Origin: Candidatus Bathyarchaeota archaeon
GTDB lineage: Archaea > Thermoproteota > Bathyarchaeia > Bathyarchaeales > Bathycorpusculaceae
NCBI GenBank assembly: GCA_963717465.1
Contig: OY970340.1
Location: 2,912,001-2,976,000 of the forward strand
Length of the DNA stretch: 64,000 bases
Direction of reading: 5' to 3'
Each line of letters begins with the position of its first letter. Positions within the stretch are counted from its first letter, which is position 1. This document shows, one piece after another, positions 1-9,478 of the stretch. Below the pieces are notes generated by a model that was not told where the DNA came from, searched no databases, and saw nothing but the letters and a program-made list of their open reading frames with translations. The position numbers and the translations under genes are program-made.

Positions 1-555
1 GATTTTGTTCGAATAGAAAACAAAAACAAACTGTACTGCAAGCAAAATAATTGGCACCAGCGGTGCCCCTATTATGAAGAATAAAAAGATGCCTACAGTC
101 ATAAAGAGAGCTATTAGAAGAATCTGAGTTTCCAAGAAAATTCGTCGAAGAGACTTGTTTTCTTTTCCTGAAATGGCTTCAGGCACAACTGACTCGCCTT
201 CTCTCCAAGCGAAGAACAAACTGTTTTTTCGAACCTGCTGCTCGAACATGTCTATGGCTACGACAATATCCTCCTTTGCTTCCAAAATCTGGGCTTCAGA
301 GGTATCTGCAAGCGGCTCAACAACTACATTGATGGGTTCTGCACCAGAAATGCTAACGCGTAATTTCCTCGCTTTTGATGAACTCAAGACTGAATATTGT
401 ATAGAAAAGGCTCCTGGCGACGTATTACGCGAAATGTCGTCAAACCTTAGATTCTGCGGAAGCAAAAAGCCACGGTAAATGAACTCATATAAGTTGCCTA
501 TGTAACTCTGCGGTACTTCAGGAACTATACTGTAAGAACGAGTTTGGGCAGTCAC
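1..555 (-). CDS. Membrane protein, N-terminal part only (runs off the window); possibly an M48/HtpX-type peptidase with a long N-terminal extension
   Basis: Own translation from GTG at 555: VTAQTRSYSIVPEVPQ...LFFAWREGESVVPE...QILLIALFMTVGIFLFFIIGAPLVPIILLAVQFVFVFYSNKI, open to position 1. Not in the ORF track. No catalytic motif lies within the window. Confidence 0.55.
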   Translation of the reverse strand, partial: MTAQTRSYSIVPEVPQSYIGNLYEFIYRGFLLPQNLRFDDISRNTSPGAFSIQYSVLSSSKARKLRVSISGAEPINVVVEPLADTSEAQILEAKEDIVVAIDMFEQQVRKNSLFFAWREGESVVPEAISGKENKSLRRIFLETQILLIALFMTVGIFLFFIIGAPLVPIILLAVQFVFVFYSNKI

Positions 556-764
556 AACTTTCGCCTCAAACCAACAATGCTTTATGCATTGGTTCAGTCT
601 GCATGATGCGAACTGGATAAATCATGTTTCTCAACAATAAAAACCGTAACCTGAGGCTAATAAATACATATACTATTGCAAATAAATACATATATTTCTT
701 GATGTTTACCAAATTGCACTATCTATCTTCTTTATTGCTCATATAGAAATAAATTTTCGACAAA

Positions 765-1250
765 TTAATTATGAATTAGTACGTTTTCCCCGGGGACGAA
801 CCAGATATTACTGTAAAGGCTGAAAACTTGCCACTTGAAAAGTTTCCACAATCCCCGAAAGCCGACCAACGCGAAGCCTTCCTTTTTGAATGTGGCAAGC
901 GATGGAATGTTGTTGTGTTGTACTGAGGCAAACACCGCCTCGGCATTATTAGCTTTTAGATGTTCAGTGCTAGCATTTACAAGAGGTGCTGCGATTCCTT
1001 TTTGGCGAAAATCAGGGTGAACTGCAAGCCACAAAATACAACCAAATTGTCTGCCTTCGATTTGAAACATCGTTAGCTTAGTAAAAGCAACTGGTGTGCG
1101 GTTTTTTTTGCTTACAAGTATGTATCCGCTTGAATTTAGGCTTGCGATGGCGAAGTAGCGAAATAACCTTTTAAAAGATTTCTGGATAATCTCTTTAACT
1201 TCTGATATATCCTGTTCAGATGCTTCAGCAATGATGTAGTCATTACTCAT
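765..1250 (-). CDS. GNAT family N-acetyltransferase
   Basis: LAVHPDFRQKGIA acetyl-CoA motif and NIPSLATFKKEGF. Confidence 0.85.
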   Translation of the reverse strand: MSNDYIIAEASEQDISEVKEIIQKSFKRLFRYFAIASLNSSGYILVSKKNRTPVAFTKLTMFQIEGRQFGCILWLAVHPDFRQKGIAAPLVNASTEHLKANNAEAVFASVQHNNIPSLATFKKEGFALVGFRGLWKLFKWQVFSLYSNIWFVPGENVLIHN

Positions 1251-1286
1251 TTGAGTCCCATGAAAATAGTAGAATCAAGGTTTATT

Positions 1287-2411
1287 CTATTTTTCTTTTG
1301 ACTGCTCAATTGGCAACTGGGCATTTTCAGGGATTTCTATCTCTTTTTTCTGTCGTGAAAAAATTAAGTTTGAGGATGTTTTAGCTATTTGAGGTAAACC
1401 TGCTAAGTCTTCGAAAATCATTAAGCCGCGTGTAAGCAAAGCAAAAGCCAGTATTGAAGCAGTGATTATAGGCGAAAGATTAGGTCCAAGAACCAGAGTG
1501 AAAATACCGACAATGCCGAATTCTTGAATTCCAGCTCCAGCCGGCGTAAGAGGTACGAACGCTAAGGCAGTGACTAAGGGTTGGATTAAAAAATAACCTA
1601 TCCAAGGTATTTGGGTAAGCCCCAAAGAGTACCCTAAAAAGAACCATTCAAACCCTTTCAGCGTCCAGCAGGTTAGCGTGATTAGTATTATTACTGGAAT
1701 TGCGTTTTTTGTTTTGTGAGCGCTATCCTTGTATTCTTCGAGTTTTCCCATCATGCCGCCTGTGAATCGCTTGAGGTATTTAGAGTTGGAGACTTTGTCG
1801 AAAATAGAAATTGCTCGAGTTGACCACGTGAAGGCGGCCATGATGAGTGCTCCAGTAAGCATTAATATTATTCCCAGGGCGGCAATGAGAAGCCCAATAT
1901 TCATTCCTGCAACTGTTCCGAACTGATCCCAATTACTAGCTGGAACAGTACTAATTAGAAAAATTACGCAACTGATGCCTCCGACAACTTTGACGAGGAA
2001 CTCGATGGTTTGGATACCAAGAATAGTACTAAGGCTCTTTGAGGATGGCACTTTTTGGTCTCTCAAATATACGGGGGTTAAAATGTATCCTGAACGACCA
2101 GGCGTAACGTCACTGGTTAACATGCCTGCATATTGGGCAAGCAGAGTTTTTCCAAAACTTGTTTTCACTCCATCTTTTCCTAGAACATATCTTAAACGCA
2201 CAGTAAACAAGAGGTTTATTCCAAAATACATTAAAAAGGAAAGACAAAGATAACCCACGTTTATGTTAAGTAGCGCTTTGTATAGCGAGCCTACTCCAAC
2301 ATACCAAACCAGACCGCCGAAAATCACCACCATAACAACAACTTCGAAAACAACACGCAAAATTCGTTTTGAATCCGTCTTCTTTCTATTCGGAACATCA
2401 GATTTTACCAT
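1287..2411 (-). CDS. Lysylphosphatidylglycerol synthase TM / UPF0104 flippase-like membrane protein
   Basis: Multiple TM helices; SDVTPGRSG and PLTPAGAGIQE motifs. Confidence 0.8.
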   Translation of the reverse strand: MVKSDVPNRKKTDSKRILRVVFEVVVMVVIFGGLVWYVGVGSLYKALLNINVGYLCLSFLMYFGINLLFTVRLRYVLGKDGVKTSFGKTLLAQYAGMLTSDVTPGRSGYILTPVYLRDQKVPSSKSLSTILGIQTIEFLVKVVGGISCVIFLISTVPASNWDQFGTVAGMNIGLLIAALGIILMLTGALIMAAFTWSTRAISIFDKVSNSKYLKRFTGGMMGKLEEYKDSAHKTKNAIPVIILITLTCWTLKGFEWFFLGYSLGLTQIPWIGYFLIQPLVTALAFVPLTPAGAGIQEFGIVGIFTLVLGPNLSPIITASILAFALLTRGLMIFEDLAGLPQIAKTSSNLIFSRQKKEIEIPENAQLPIEQSKEK

Positions 2412-2540
2412 AAAAACACTTCACATTCTGATGGCTAAGCTAACGTGACTTCAAAACAGGTTCTTGGCTAACCTAAAATTTAGATAGCGCCAAAAAAGTG
2501 ACAATATTTTAAGGAGTCTTAGCTATTGCCGCATGATTGG

Positions 2541-2732
2541 TTAAGGTCTTACGCATTCAGCTTTCGGTCTATACGGTCGTTTGGTTGTTCTTTTACGTTT
2601 GTGGTATTCGCATTCGTTGATTCTCATCAGCATCCAGCCTTTATCCTGATACGTACATCCGCAGGGCAAAGTAACAGGCTCAGATTTGTCTGAATCTTTT
2701 GCGTTAAGCTTAGCTTTGGCCACGTCAATCAC
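2541..2732 (-). CDS. Small Cys/His-containing basic hypothetical protein
   Basis: 63-aa ORF with LPCGC...ECEYH; fills an intergenic gap. Confidence 0.45.
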   Translation of the reverse strand: MIDVAKAKLNAKDSDKSEPVTLPCGCTYQDKGWMLMRINECEYHKRKRTTKRPYRPKAECVRP

Positions 2733-2901
2733 TTATTAACTATTAATGTAAACGTAAATAAAGTTATTAACTTTAGGCTTTAATTAAACGCAAACGTTCG
2801 ATTTTGAACCAATTTTAATTGAGATAAACAAAGTTTACCTTTTATCCAAGCTATAAATAGTAGATTTCATAATTTTTCGGAGCAGGCTGGGAGAAAACAA
2901 G

Positions 2902-3216
2902 ATGCATCTGGAAGAGATGAAAAAAGAAATAGAATCACTCGTTCTGGCAAAAGGCTTCTACAATAAGCCCGAAGATATTCCTAAAAAACTTCTTTTCGCT
3001 TTTATCGAGTTAGGTGAAGCAAGTGATGCATGGAAAAAAGGCTTGCCAGAAGAGAAGATTGCTGAGGAATTAATTGACGTGATTTTCTACATTTTAGATT
3101 CAAGTCGCTTAGCATGCCCTTCCATTGACATGGATGAAATGTTCAAGACAAAATTGGCAAAAAACCTCAATCGACCATACAGATACGGTGAAGGACACCG
3201 CACCAATCAACCTTAA
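2902..3216 (+). CDS. MazG-like nucleotide pyrophosphohydrolase
   Basis: ELGEASDAWKK...EELIDVIFYIL acidic motifs. Confidence 0.85.
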   Translation: MHLEEMKKEIESLVLAKGFYNKPEDIPKKLLFAFIELGEASDAWKKGLPEEKIAEELIDVIFYILDSSRLACPSIDMDEMFKTKLAKNLNRPYRYGEGHRTNQP

Positions 3217-3269
3217 ATTCACAATGATAGGTTTTTTAATTTCTGAGAAACATTACGTTGTTGATTTAA

Positions 3270-3692
3270 GTGAGTTTTGAGTACACGAAAGTTCGGTTCC
3301 AATGCACAAGATGCGGAATTTGCTGCGGTGATACAAAAGAAAAAATCCGCCACATTCTAATCTTGACATCAGAAGCGAAGCAAATTGCAAAAGAAACTTT
3401 GAAACAAGTTCAAGACTTTTCAATTGAAATTTACGATAGGGAACCTTACAGTTATGAAATGAAGAAGGTAGATGGAAAATGTATCTTCTTAAACGGTGAA
3501 AACTGCAGCATTTATCCGATAAGGCCGTTGATATGCCAGTTCTACCCGTTTGAACTTAAATTTGTTGAAGGAAAGAATCAATACGTGTTTGAGAGCACGC
3601 TTGAATGCCCCGGAATAAATTCTGGTAAATTAATGGTTGAAGCAGATTTTAAAGGATTGTTTCGGCTGGCTAGCAATCGACTGAAACATTAG
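3270..3692 (+). CDS. YkgJ-family (CxxCxxCC) cysteine-cluster protein
   Basis: FQCTRCGICC...CIFL...CSIYPIRPLICQFYPF. Confidence 0.9.
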   Translation: MSFEYTKVRFQCTRCGICCGDTKEKIRHILILTSEAKQIAKETLKQVQDFSIEIYDREPYSYEMKKVDGKCIFLNGENCSIYPIRPLICQFYPFELKFVEGKNQYVFESTLECPGINSGKLMVEADFKGLFRLASNRLKH

Positions 3693-3769
3693 CGGAAAAA
3701 GCAATTATTTTGTTTAATTTGTTTTCCACGAAATCAATTAGGATACTTGCGATTCGTTGAGATGGGAGA

Positions 3770-4237
3770 TTATAGCTGTGATAGAACGTCGTTTTGTTCT
3801 AATGCAAAACCGCAGTAATGGCATTTAAGTAAAAGTGGCTCGTCGCGTTCGATGTAGAATTTTGCAATAACTGGTTCATCAGCGCTGTTGCTTATGCACA
3901 AGGGGTTTACGCATTTAACGATGCCTTCAATAATTTTAGGTAATTTCACTTCTAGTTTTTCTACAATTGCGTAATTGCGAATGATGTTAATTGATGCGTG
4001 AGGAGCAACCAATGCAATCCGGTTTACCTCGACAGAATTTAAAGCTCGACCTTCGATTTTAACAATATCTTTAACTCCTAGCCGTTTACTTGGGACATTA
4101 ATTGCGATTGTTATGATGCGTTTCTCTTTGCCAGTAATCCCAAGAATTTTGACTACGTCTAATGCGTACCCGCCATTAATATGGTCGATAACCGTGCCAT
4201 CCTTTATCTTTGAAACCCTTAGCTCTTTATCGCTCAT
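3770..4237 (-). CDS. pyrI: Aspartate carbamoyltransferase regulatory subunit
   Basis: IKDGTVIDHI, KDIVKIE, and CVNPLCISN...CHYC zinc site. Confidence 0.97.
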   Translation of the reverse strand: MSDKELRVSKIKDGTVIDHINGGYALDVVKILGITGKEKRIITIAINVPSKRLGVKDIVKIEGRALNSVEVNRIALVAPHASINIIRNYAIVEKLEVKLPKIIEGIVKCVNPLCISNSADEPVIAKFYIERDEPLLLKCHYCGFALEQNDVLSQL

Positions 4238-4313
4238 AACGGCAACTCCATTAGAAGAACAAATACTGTATCAGGCAAATAAAATTTTTTGAAAACAAGG
4301 CATTTTTCGAGAA

Positions 4314-5027
4314 CTAATTTGTTTTTGGTCGTAGATCGATAACTGTTGTGCCAGCGAACTTGTCAAAGTATCTTAGGAATGTAGGATTCTTTAATCGCCA
4401 GCCAAATAGTAAGTCAAACGGGAGTACTGGAAGGATTTTGCCAAAGTTCCTTATCGCTGCATGATCGTAAGACATTCTTTTGTTATCTGTTCTTACCACT
4501 TTTAGACCAAGGATTCGTTTACCCAAGCTTTGACTGTTAAAACCTTCAAGTAAAGTTGAGTATAACCAAAGAAGCCCGATGGTTCCGTAAATAGTTGCAG
4601 TTACTGCACCAACATTAACTGTCATTGAAACCACTTGTGGAGCAAAAACTAGCGTCATTGTGATTGCGAGAATAATTCCGAAGTCAATGAGAAACGCATA
4701 TGATCTCCTAGTGAAAGAAGCAAGCGGAAGTTGGGATTCTTTTCGGTCCACATCAACGCCTTCAGCCCAACCTTCGACGTCACGAATGACTCTTACAGCG
4801 TTTTCACCGGCCCTGCTAAGCTTATACTTTCCAGTTGCAGTTTGCTCAATGAATGGGGATAAAGTGCGAAGATGGAAGCTTAGTTTTCCTGTGTCTATAT
4901 TTAGAAGGTTCAATAAGTCTGTAAATGACGCGTCATTTTTTTCACTAAGATGCAGGAGAATTTCTCTGCGCAGAGGATGTGAAAGCGCCGATAATATCTT
5001 TGAAATATTTTCTTGTTCTACAGCCAT
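4314..5027 (-). CDS. ArsR-type wHTH fused to an RDD membrane domain
   Basis: ALSHPLRREIL...TGKLSFHLRTL N-terminus; RRSYAFLID...QSLGKRILGLKVV...DKFAGTTVI RDD motifs. Confidence 0.85.
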   Translation of the reverse strand: MAVEQENISKILSALSHPLRREILLHLSEKNDASFTDLLNLLNIDTGKLSFHLRTLSPFIEQTATGKYKLSRAGENAVRVIRDVEGWAEGVDVDRKESQLPLASFTRRSYAFLIDFGIILAITMTLVFAPQVVSMTVNVGAVTATIYGTIGLLWLYSTLLEGFNSQSLGKRILGLKVVRTDNKRMSYDHAAIRNFGKILPVLPFDLLFGWRLKNPTFLRYFDKFAGTTVIDLRPKTN

Positions 5028-5186
5028 TTTTCGAAACCATTTTTTCTTCCAATAATGCCTTTTGCGTCAGGTTCGTAAGTCTACAACTTAGAAAAACAAA
5101 CCTGAATATAAGTTGAACCCCAAAATATGTCCATATTCATGAAAAACCAAGTCTTAAAAGGTCAAAAACCGTTAATCATATAATAC

Positions 5187-6086
5187 ATGTCAAGTGCTGA
5201 AGTTGCCGTTCAAGTATTTCGTAAATTGGAAGTTGAAGATTTCCGAGTTTTACAAATAATAGAGTCAGCAATGAGCAAGCGTGAGTTTGTTCCGAAAGAG
5301 CAAATAGCAAAATTTGCCAAGCTGCCGATGGATAGAATAGAATTTACTCTAAGCAAATTGAACAAGTTAGGGTTAATTTATCGGATGAAGGCGGCTTACA
5401 CTGGGCATACGTTGAATTTTGCCGGGTTCGACTGTTTGGCTATAAATGCTCTTGTTAAGGCGGGAGTTATTGAGTCTTTTGGGCAATCGTTAGGTGTTGG
5501 AAAAGAAGCTGATGTGTACGACGCTTTAGCTCCAGATGGCAAAAGACTAGCTGTTAAGTTCCATAGGCTAGGCCGAATAAGCTTTAGGCAGACTAGAAGG
5601 AAAAGAGGGTACACTCGGGAACATGCAAGTTGGCTTTTCCAATCACATTTAGCTGCTGAAAGAGAATTTTACGCAATGAAACTTGTTTATGAACAAGGAG
5701 TTGCAGTTCCAGAACCGCTTATCCAAAATCGCCACGTATTAGCGATGGGAGTAATCGAAGGTGCACAATTAATTAAGTGGCGAGAAATTGCGAATCCTGA
5801 GAAGGTTTTCAAGGAGATTTTACTAAATGTCCGGCGGGCTTACTTGAAAGCTCACGTTATCCATGCTGATTTAAGTGAGTACAATATTATTTTGAAGCCT
5901 GATATGCATATTTTGATAATTGATTGGCCACAATACGTGGTTACAAGTCATCCTAACGCTAAAGAACTGCTGGAACGTGATGTTCAAAATATTATAACTT
6001 TTTTTAAACGCAAATTTAATTTAACAGTGCAGATTGAAGAAGCCCTCGATTACGTAACTGGAAAAGCTAAAAGTTCTGTTTTCTAA
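5187..6086 (+). CDS. rio2: RIO2-type serine/threonine kinase
   Basis: N-terminal wHTH; GVGKEADVY, VKFHRLGRISF, IHADLSEYNI, IDWPQ. Confidence 0.95.
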   Translation: MSSAEVAVQVFRKLEVEDFRVLQIIESAMSKREFVPKEQIAKFAKLPMDRIEFTLSKLNKLGLIYRMKAAYTGHTLNFAGFDCLAINALVKAGVIESFGQSLGVGKEADVYDALAPDGKRLAVKFHRLGRISFRQTRRKRGYTREHASWLFQSHLAAEREFYAMKLVYEQGVAVPEPLIQNRHVLAMGVIEGAQLIKWREIANPEKVFKEILLNVRRAYLKAHVIHADLSEYNIILKPDMHILIIDWPQYVVTSHPNAKELLERDVQNIITFFKRKFNLTVQIEEALDYVTGKAKSSVF

Positions 6087-6325
6087 TGCTTGTTTGCATC
6101 TAAAACTATGTAAAGAATGTTGTTACCTCTTAGCAAAACATTTCCATAGTTAGTGAGTAACTGGTCTTCTTTGCATTCAGTTGCGCCTTCGAGAAGAATA
6201 TTCATATGCCCATCACATTTAATCATTTTACCTTTGTATTCACAGCCATTTTTAAGCACGACTTGAACGTTACCATGCAATTGTTTAATTAGAACGTTCA
6301 ACGGTTTTTTACTTGGTTCCATCAT
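6083..6325 (-). CDS. Sm-like archaeal protein (SmAP/LSm)
   Basis: VVLKNG..YKG....DGHMNILL...LLRGNNI Sm1/Sm2 motifs. Confidence 0.93.
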   Translation of the reverse strand: MMEPSKKPLNVLIKQLHGNVQVVLKNGCEYKGKMIKCDGHMNILLEGATECKEDQLLTNYGNVLLRGNNILYIVLDANKH

Positions 6326-6437
6326 TACTTCTTGTCCCCGTATAATACTTGCATTATCCAGAACCTCTTACCAAATATAAAAGTCTTATGAACATCCTAT
6401 GAGCAATGAAACTAAAAAAACGATGGAAACAGGCTAT

Positions 6438-6948
6438 TCAGCTTTTGTTTTTTGCCTTTATCTTCGGGATAACTTCTTTTTGTGCTAAAGCAATCCCGAA
6501 TGTGGTAATTCTAAAGTTTTCATTATCTGTTTTAGTTACTACATCGTTTTTTGCTAGTTCGCCTAAGCGAGTGCTGGTTATTTTGCTGTTTTTCCCAAGC
6601 TTTGCTTGCAGTTCATCTTTGGATAAGGTATCGCTTTTAACTAAGCCGAGTTTGTTTCCCAGATAGTAGGCTAATAGCCACATGGATAAGGCTTCATTAT
6701 CAGTCAGCTTATTTTTTGGGCACTAGTAAATTTGCGCCTTCCGGTGAAAAAGCAATTATTCCATCAAGGTCTTTGGCAAGCTGTTGAATGTCCACTTTAA
6801 GCCAAAGTTTGCTGGCAATTTCGAATTGTGGCAAAAATTGTTTGAAGAACTGGTCTAACAAGAACCAAGCTTCTTCCAATGGTGCAGTGAATTCTTTTTC
6901 TACGTCTTTGTATTTTATGTGGACTGTTAATTTTTCGGATTTACTCAA
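6438..6948 (-). CDS. Hypothetical wHTH-like protein split by a frameshift in an A6 run near 6712
   Basis: Removing one A joins ...LLVPK to NKLTDNEALSMWLL...; C-terminal TSTRLGELAKNDVV wHTH-like segment. Confidence 0.7.
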
Positions 6949-7415
6949 CTCATTTTTCCTCTAAGCCTTGCAAGCACCTCATCTTCAACCCATTTTTCCC
7001 CTTGAATAGTCAATTTGAATTCAGGCCTATTTGGGTCAGGTTTGAAAACGTTGCCACGCTTAGTCATTTCATTCAATCTCGCAGGAACCATGCTTTTTAT
7101 GCCACTGGACTCCAAAAGCCTCTGAACTTGAGCAGCAGTGTTTTTCCGCTCATCAGAGGAGTAAAGAATCAGGCCGACCGCTTCATAATGCGTCAGGCTC
7201 TCTCTAGTAACTATTACTGGCCCTTCCGTTGTCGGCTCCACTATGCCTTTCAACTGTGCACCTGAAGGGCTTAACCTGTTAGAAACAAAATCAGATAGTT
7301 TCTCAACAAAATTCTCAGGAATACCCTCAAGCATACTCATTATTTCCTGCGGCGTTTCACCTTCAATTACAATTTCGCCAAAAGATGTTTTTATCCGAGC
7401 CTCAATGTGCTTCAT
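6945..7415 (-). CDS. Hypothetical protein with C-terminal wHTH-like domain
   Basis: VPARLNEMTKRGNV...FKLTIQGE; layout resembles the downstream gene. Confidence 0.7.
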   Translation of the reverse strand: MKHIEARIKTSFGEIVIEGETPQEIMSMLEGIPENFVEKLSDFVSNRLSPSGAQLKGIVEPTTEGPVIVTRESLTHYEAVGLILYSSDERKNTAAQVQRLLESSGIKSMVPARLNEMTKRGNVFKPDPNRPEFKLTIQGEKWVEDEVLARLRGKMS

Positions 7416-7564
7416 GGTTCTTCTCCTCGAAAATTATGGTTCCCATTTTCAATGAGGCCATTTTGCTTTTTTATCTTCTCAGTTGACATGTTAACTCATG
7501 CTATACACTATGCCAAGCCTTTTTAGGATTTGCGGCTAAACACGTTTTAAAAAGTAAAAGGAGC

Positions 7565-9478
7565 CTATTTTAGGCGTTCTTGCAAGAGCTTGCTAACCAA
7601 GTCAGGGTTAGCTTTTCCCCGAACTTCTCTCATGACTACGCCCATAATCGTTCCAAAAGCATTCTTTCCAAGTTTGTCAATAGACTGCTTGTTGGCCTCC
7701 AGCACTCGTGTAATTATCGGTTCTAACTCTGATTCACTAAACATTTTCAAACCCAACGCGTTAACTGCATCTTCCACTTTTTTACTCTCATGTTTTGAAA
7801 GCCAACTAAAAACGTCAGCTATTGCTTCTTTTGCAAGTTCGCCCGAGCCAACCGCCTTGAAAATGTTTTTCATTTGGTTTTCGTCAACACTTTCAACTTG
7901 GACGCCTTCCCGCTTAAGCGCTTTCAATGTTTCAGTTAAGAAAACTGCGACAGTCGAAGGTGCGACACCACTTTCCTTAACGATTGTTTCAAACAGTAAG
8001 TTGTATTCGGAGTCAGCAAGCTGCTTAGCTAGCTTTTCATTAAGATTATACTGTTTCATTAAGCGCGAGAGCTTTTTTTCTGCAGGTTCAGGCAGATTTG
8101 ACCTAACTTTTTCAACAAATTCCGTAGTTACTAGGGTGGGAGGAATATCTGTTTCAGGATACATTCTTGCAGCGCCAGGTCTAGGACGCATATACCTTGT
8201 TGTACCATCTTCCTTTGCAGTGCGGGTTTCAGCGGGCACACCCGTAGTTAGTTCTTTTGCACGCTCTACCACCGCTTTTAATGCATCCAGCACGTTCTCT
8301 GCAGTATCAGCAACGAACACGACCGCATCATTTTCCTGGGCGGCAACTGCCTTCTTTAGTTCTGTTACTTCTTGGGCAGTTATGCCATAGTTGGGCATTT
8401 CATCTGTATGGAAGATTCCGCCGACTCTGCCCCAGAATTTTGCTCTATCTGAAAGTTCAGTTCCAACACGAAAGTCAGGCATCAATTCACGTTTTAAAAG
8501 TCCGTCAAATTTGGGAAGCTTAACAGCCATAACTTTCTGGTTTTTATCTAACGCTTTTCGGATGACTTTGCTCTTTGTCTGCTTAAAAACTTCCGAAACA
8601 TCAACAAATTCAGGTTTGAGATCAGATGCTTTCACGCCTTTGCGTTGGAGTTCTTCCTTTACGTTTATGAGTCCCAGTTGACGATTTATCTCGTATTCAA
8701 CAACTTTAGATATGAGTTCAAGTTCTTGAACACCTTTGATTTCGATTAAGGCACCGTTTGGTAGGGAAACGTTCAGGTCTTGACGAATTGTGCCAAGGCC
8801 ACGCATAACTTTGCCTGTGTCGCGGAGAATTCTTCCGATTGCAAGGGCAACTTCCTGGGCTTCTAATGGTGAATAAATCACTGGTGCAGTCGCTACTTCA
8901 ATTAATGGTATGCCTAATCGGTCAATGCGGTACCGGATGGTTTTTCCTTCATCTTCAGTTCCAATCTTTCTTGCTGCATCTTCTTCGAGGCTGGCAGCTT
9001 GAATTGGAATATTCTTTTCGCCCACTTTTATCCAGCCGTCTAAAGCGATGATGCATGTTCGCTGGAAACCCGTTGTGTTAGAACCGTCAATGACTGTTTT
9101 GCGCATGACGTGAATTTCATCCACTGGGTGAGCATTCATCATCAACGAAGCGGTAAGGACAACTTGAACCGCATCTAAGTTTAACGGGTGCGGGGGTTCT
9201 TCATCCATCTCGACAAGACATGAACTTGTCTTATTGGCTTCGTAGAGGATTTTTACGCCTTTTTGAAATTCAAAATAAGCCGCCGGATCAACTTGTCCTA
9301 GTTCACTTTGGGTTGGTCTTAATCGGCGTAGAAAAGTGATTTCAGGCTCTTCTTTAAAAAGCTCAGGCAGGCAATTGCAGAATAATTTGGATGAAACGTT
9401 TAGTTGCTGGTGAATTTCTAAGCCGACTTTTAAACCAATTTTCGCGTAGTCAACAGTCAAATTTTTCTCCTCCTTCAA
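7565..9478 (-). CDS. gatE: Glu-tRNA(Gln) amidotransferase subunit E
   Basis: GLKVGLEIHQQL, RKTVIDGSNTTGFQRT, RPRPGAARMYPETD. Confidence 0.98.
   Translation of the reverse strand: MKEEKNLTVDYAKIGLKVGLEIHQQLNVSSKLFCNCLPELFKEEPEITFLRRLRPTQSELGQVDPAAYFEFQKGVKILYEANKTSSCLVEMDEEPPHPLNLDAVQVVLTASLMMNAHPVDEIHVMRKTVIDGSNTTGFQRTCIIALDGWIKVGEKNIPIQAASLEEDAARKIGTEDEGKTIRYRIDRLGIPLIEVATAPVIYSPLEAQEVALAIGRILRDTGKVMRGLGTIRQDLNVSLPNGALIEIKGVQELELISKVVEYEINRQLGLINVKEELQRKGVKASDLKPEFVDVSEVFKQTKSKVIRKALDKNQKVMAVKLPKFDGLLKRELMPDFRVGTELSDRAKFWGRVGGIFHTDEMPNYGITAQEVTELKKAVAAQENDAVVFVADTAENVLDALKAVVERAKELTTGVPAETRTAKEDGTTRYMRPRPGAARMYPETDIPPTLVTTEFVEKVRSNLPEPAEKKLSRLMKQYNLNEKLAKQLADSEYNLLFETIVKESGVAPSTVAVFLTETLKALKREGVQVESVDENQMKNIFKAVGSGELAKEAIADVFSWLSKHESKKVEDAVNALGLKMFSESELEPIITRVLEANKQSIDKLGKNAFGTIMGVVMREVRGKANPDLVSKLLQERLK

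Noticed and set aside
7590..8681. Long plus-strand ORFs (266 aa, 96 aa) and similar antisense ORFs elsewhere
   Set aside because: Shadows of gatE and other well-supported genes, with no family motifs
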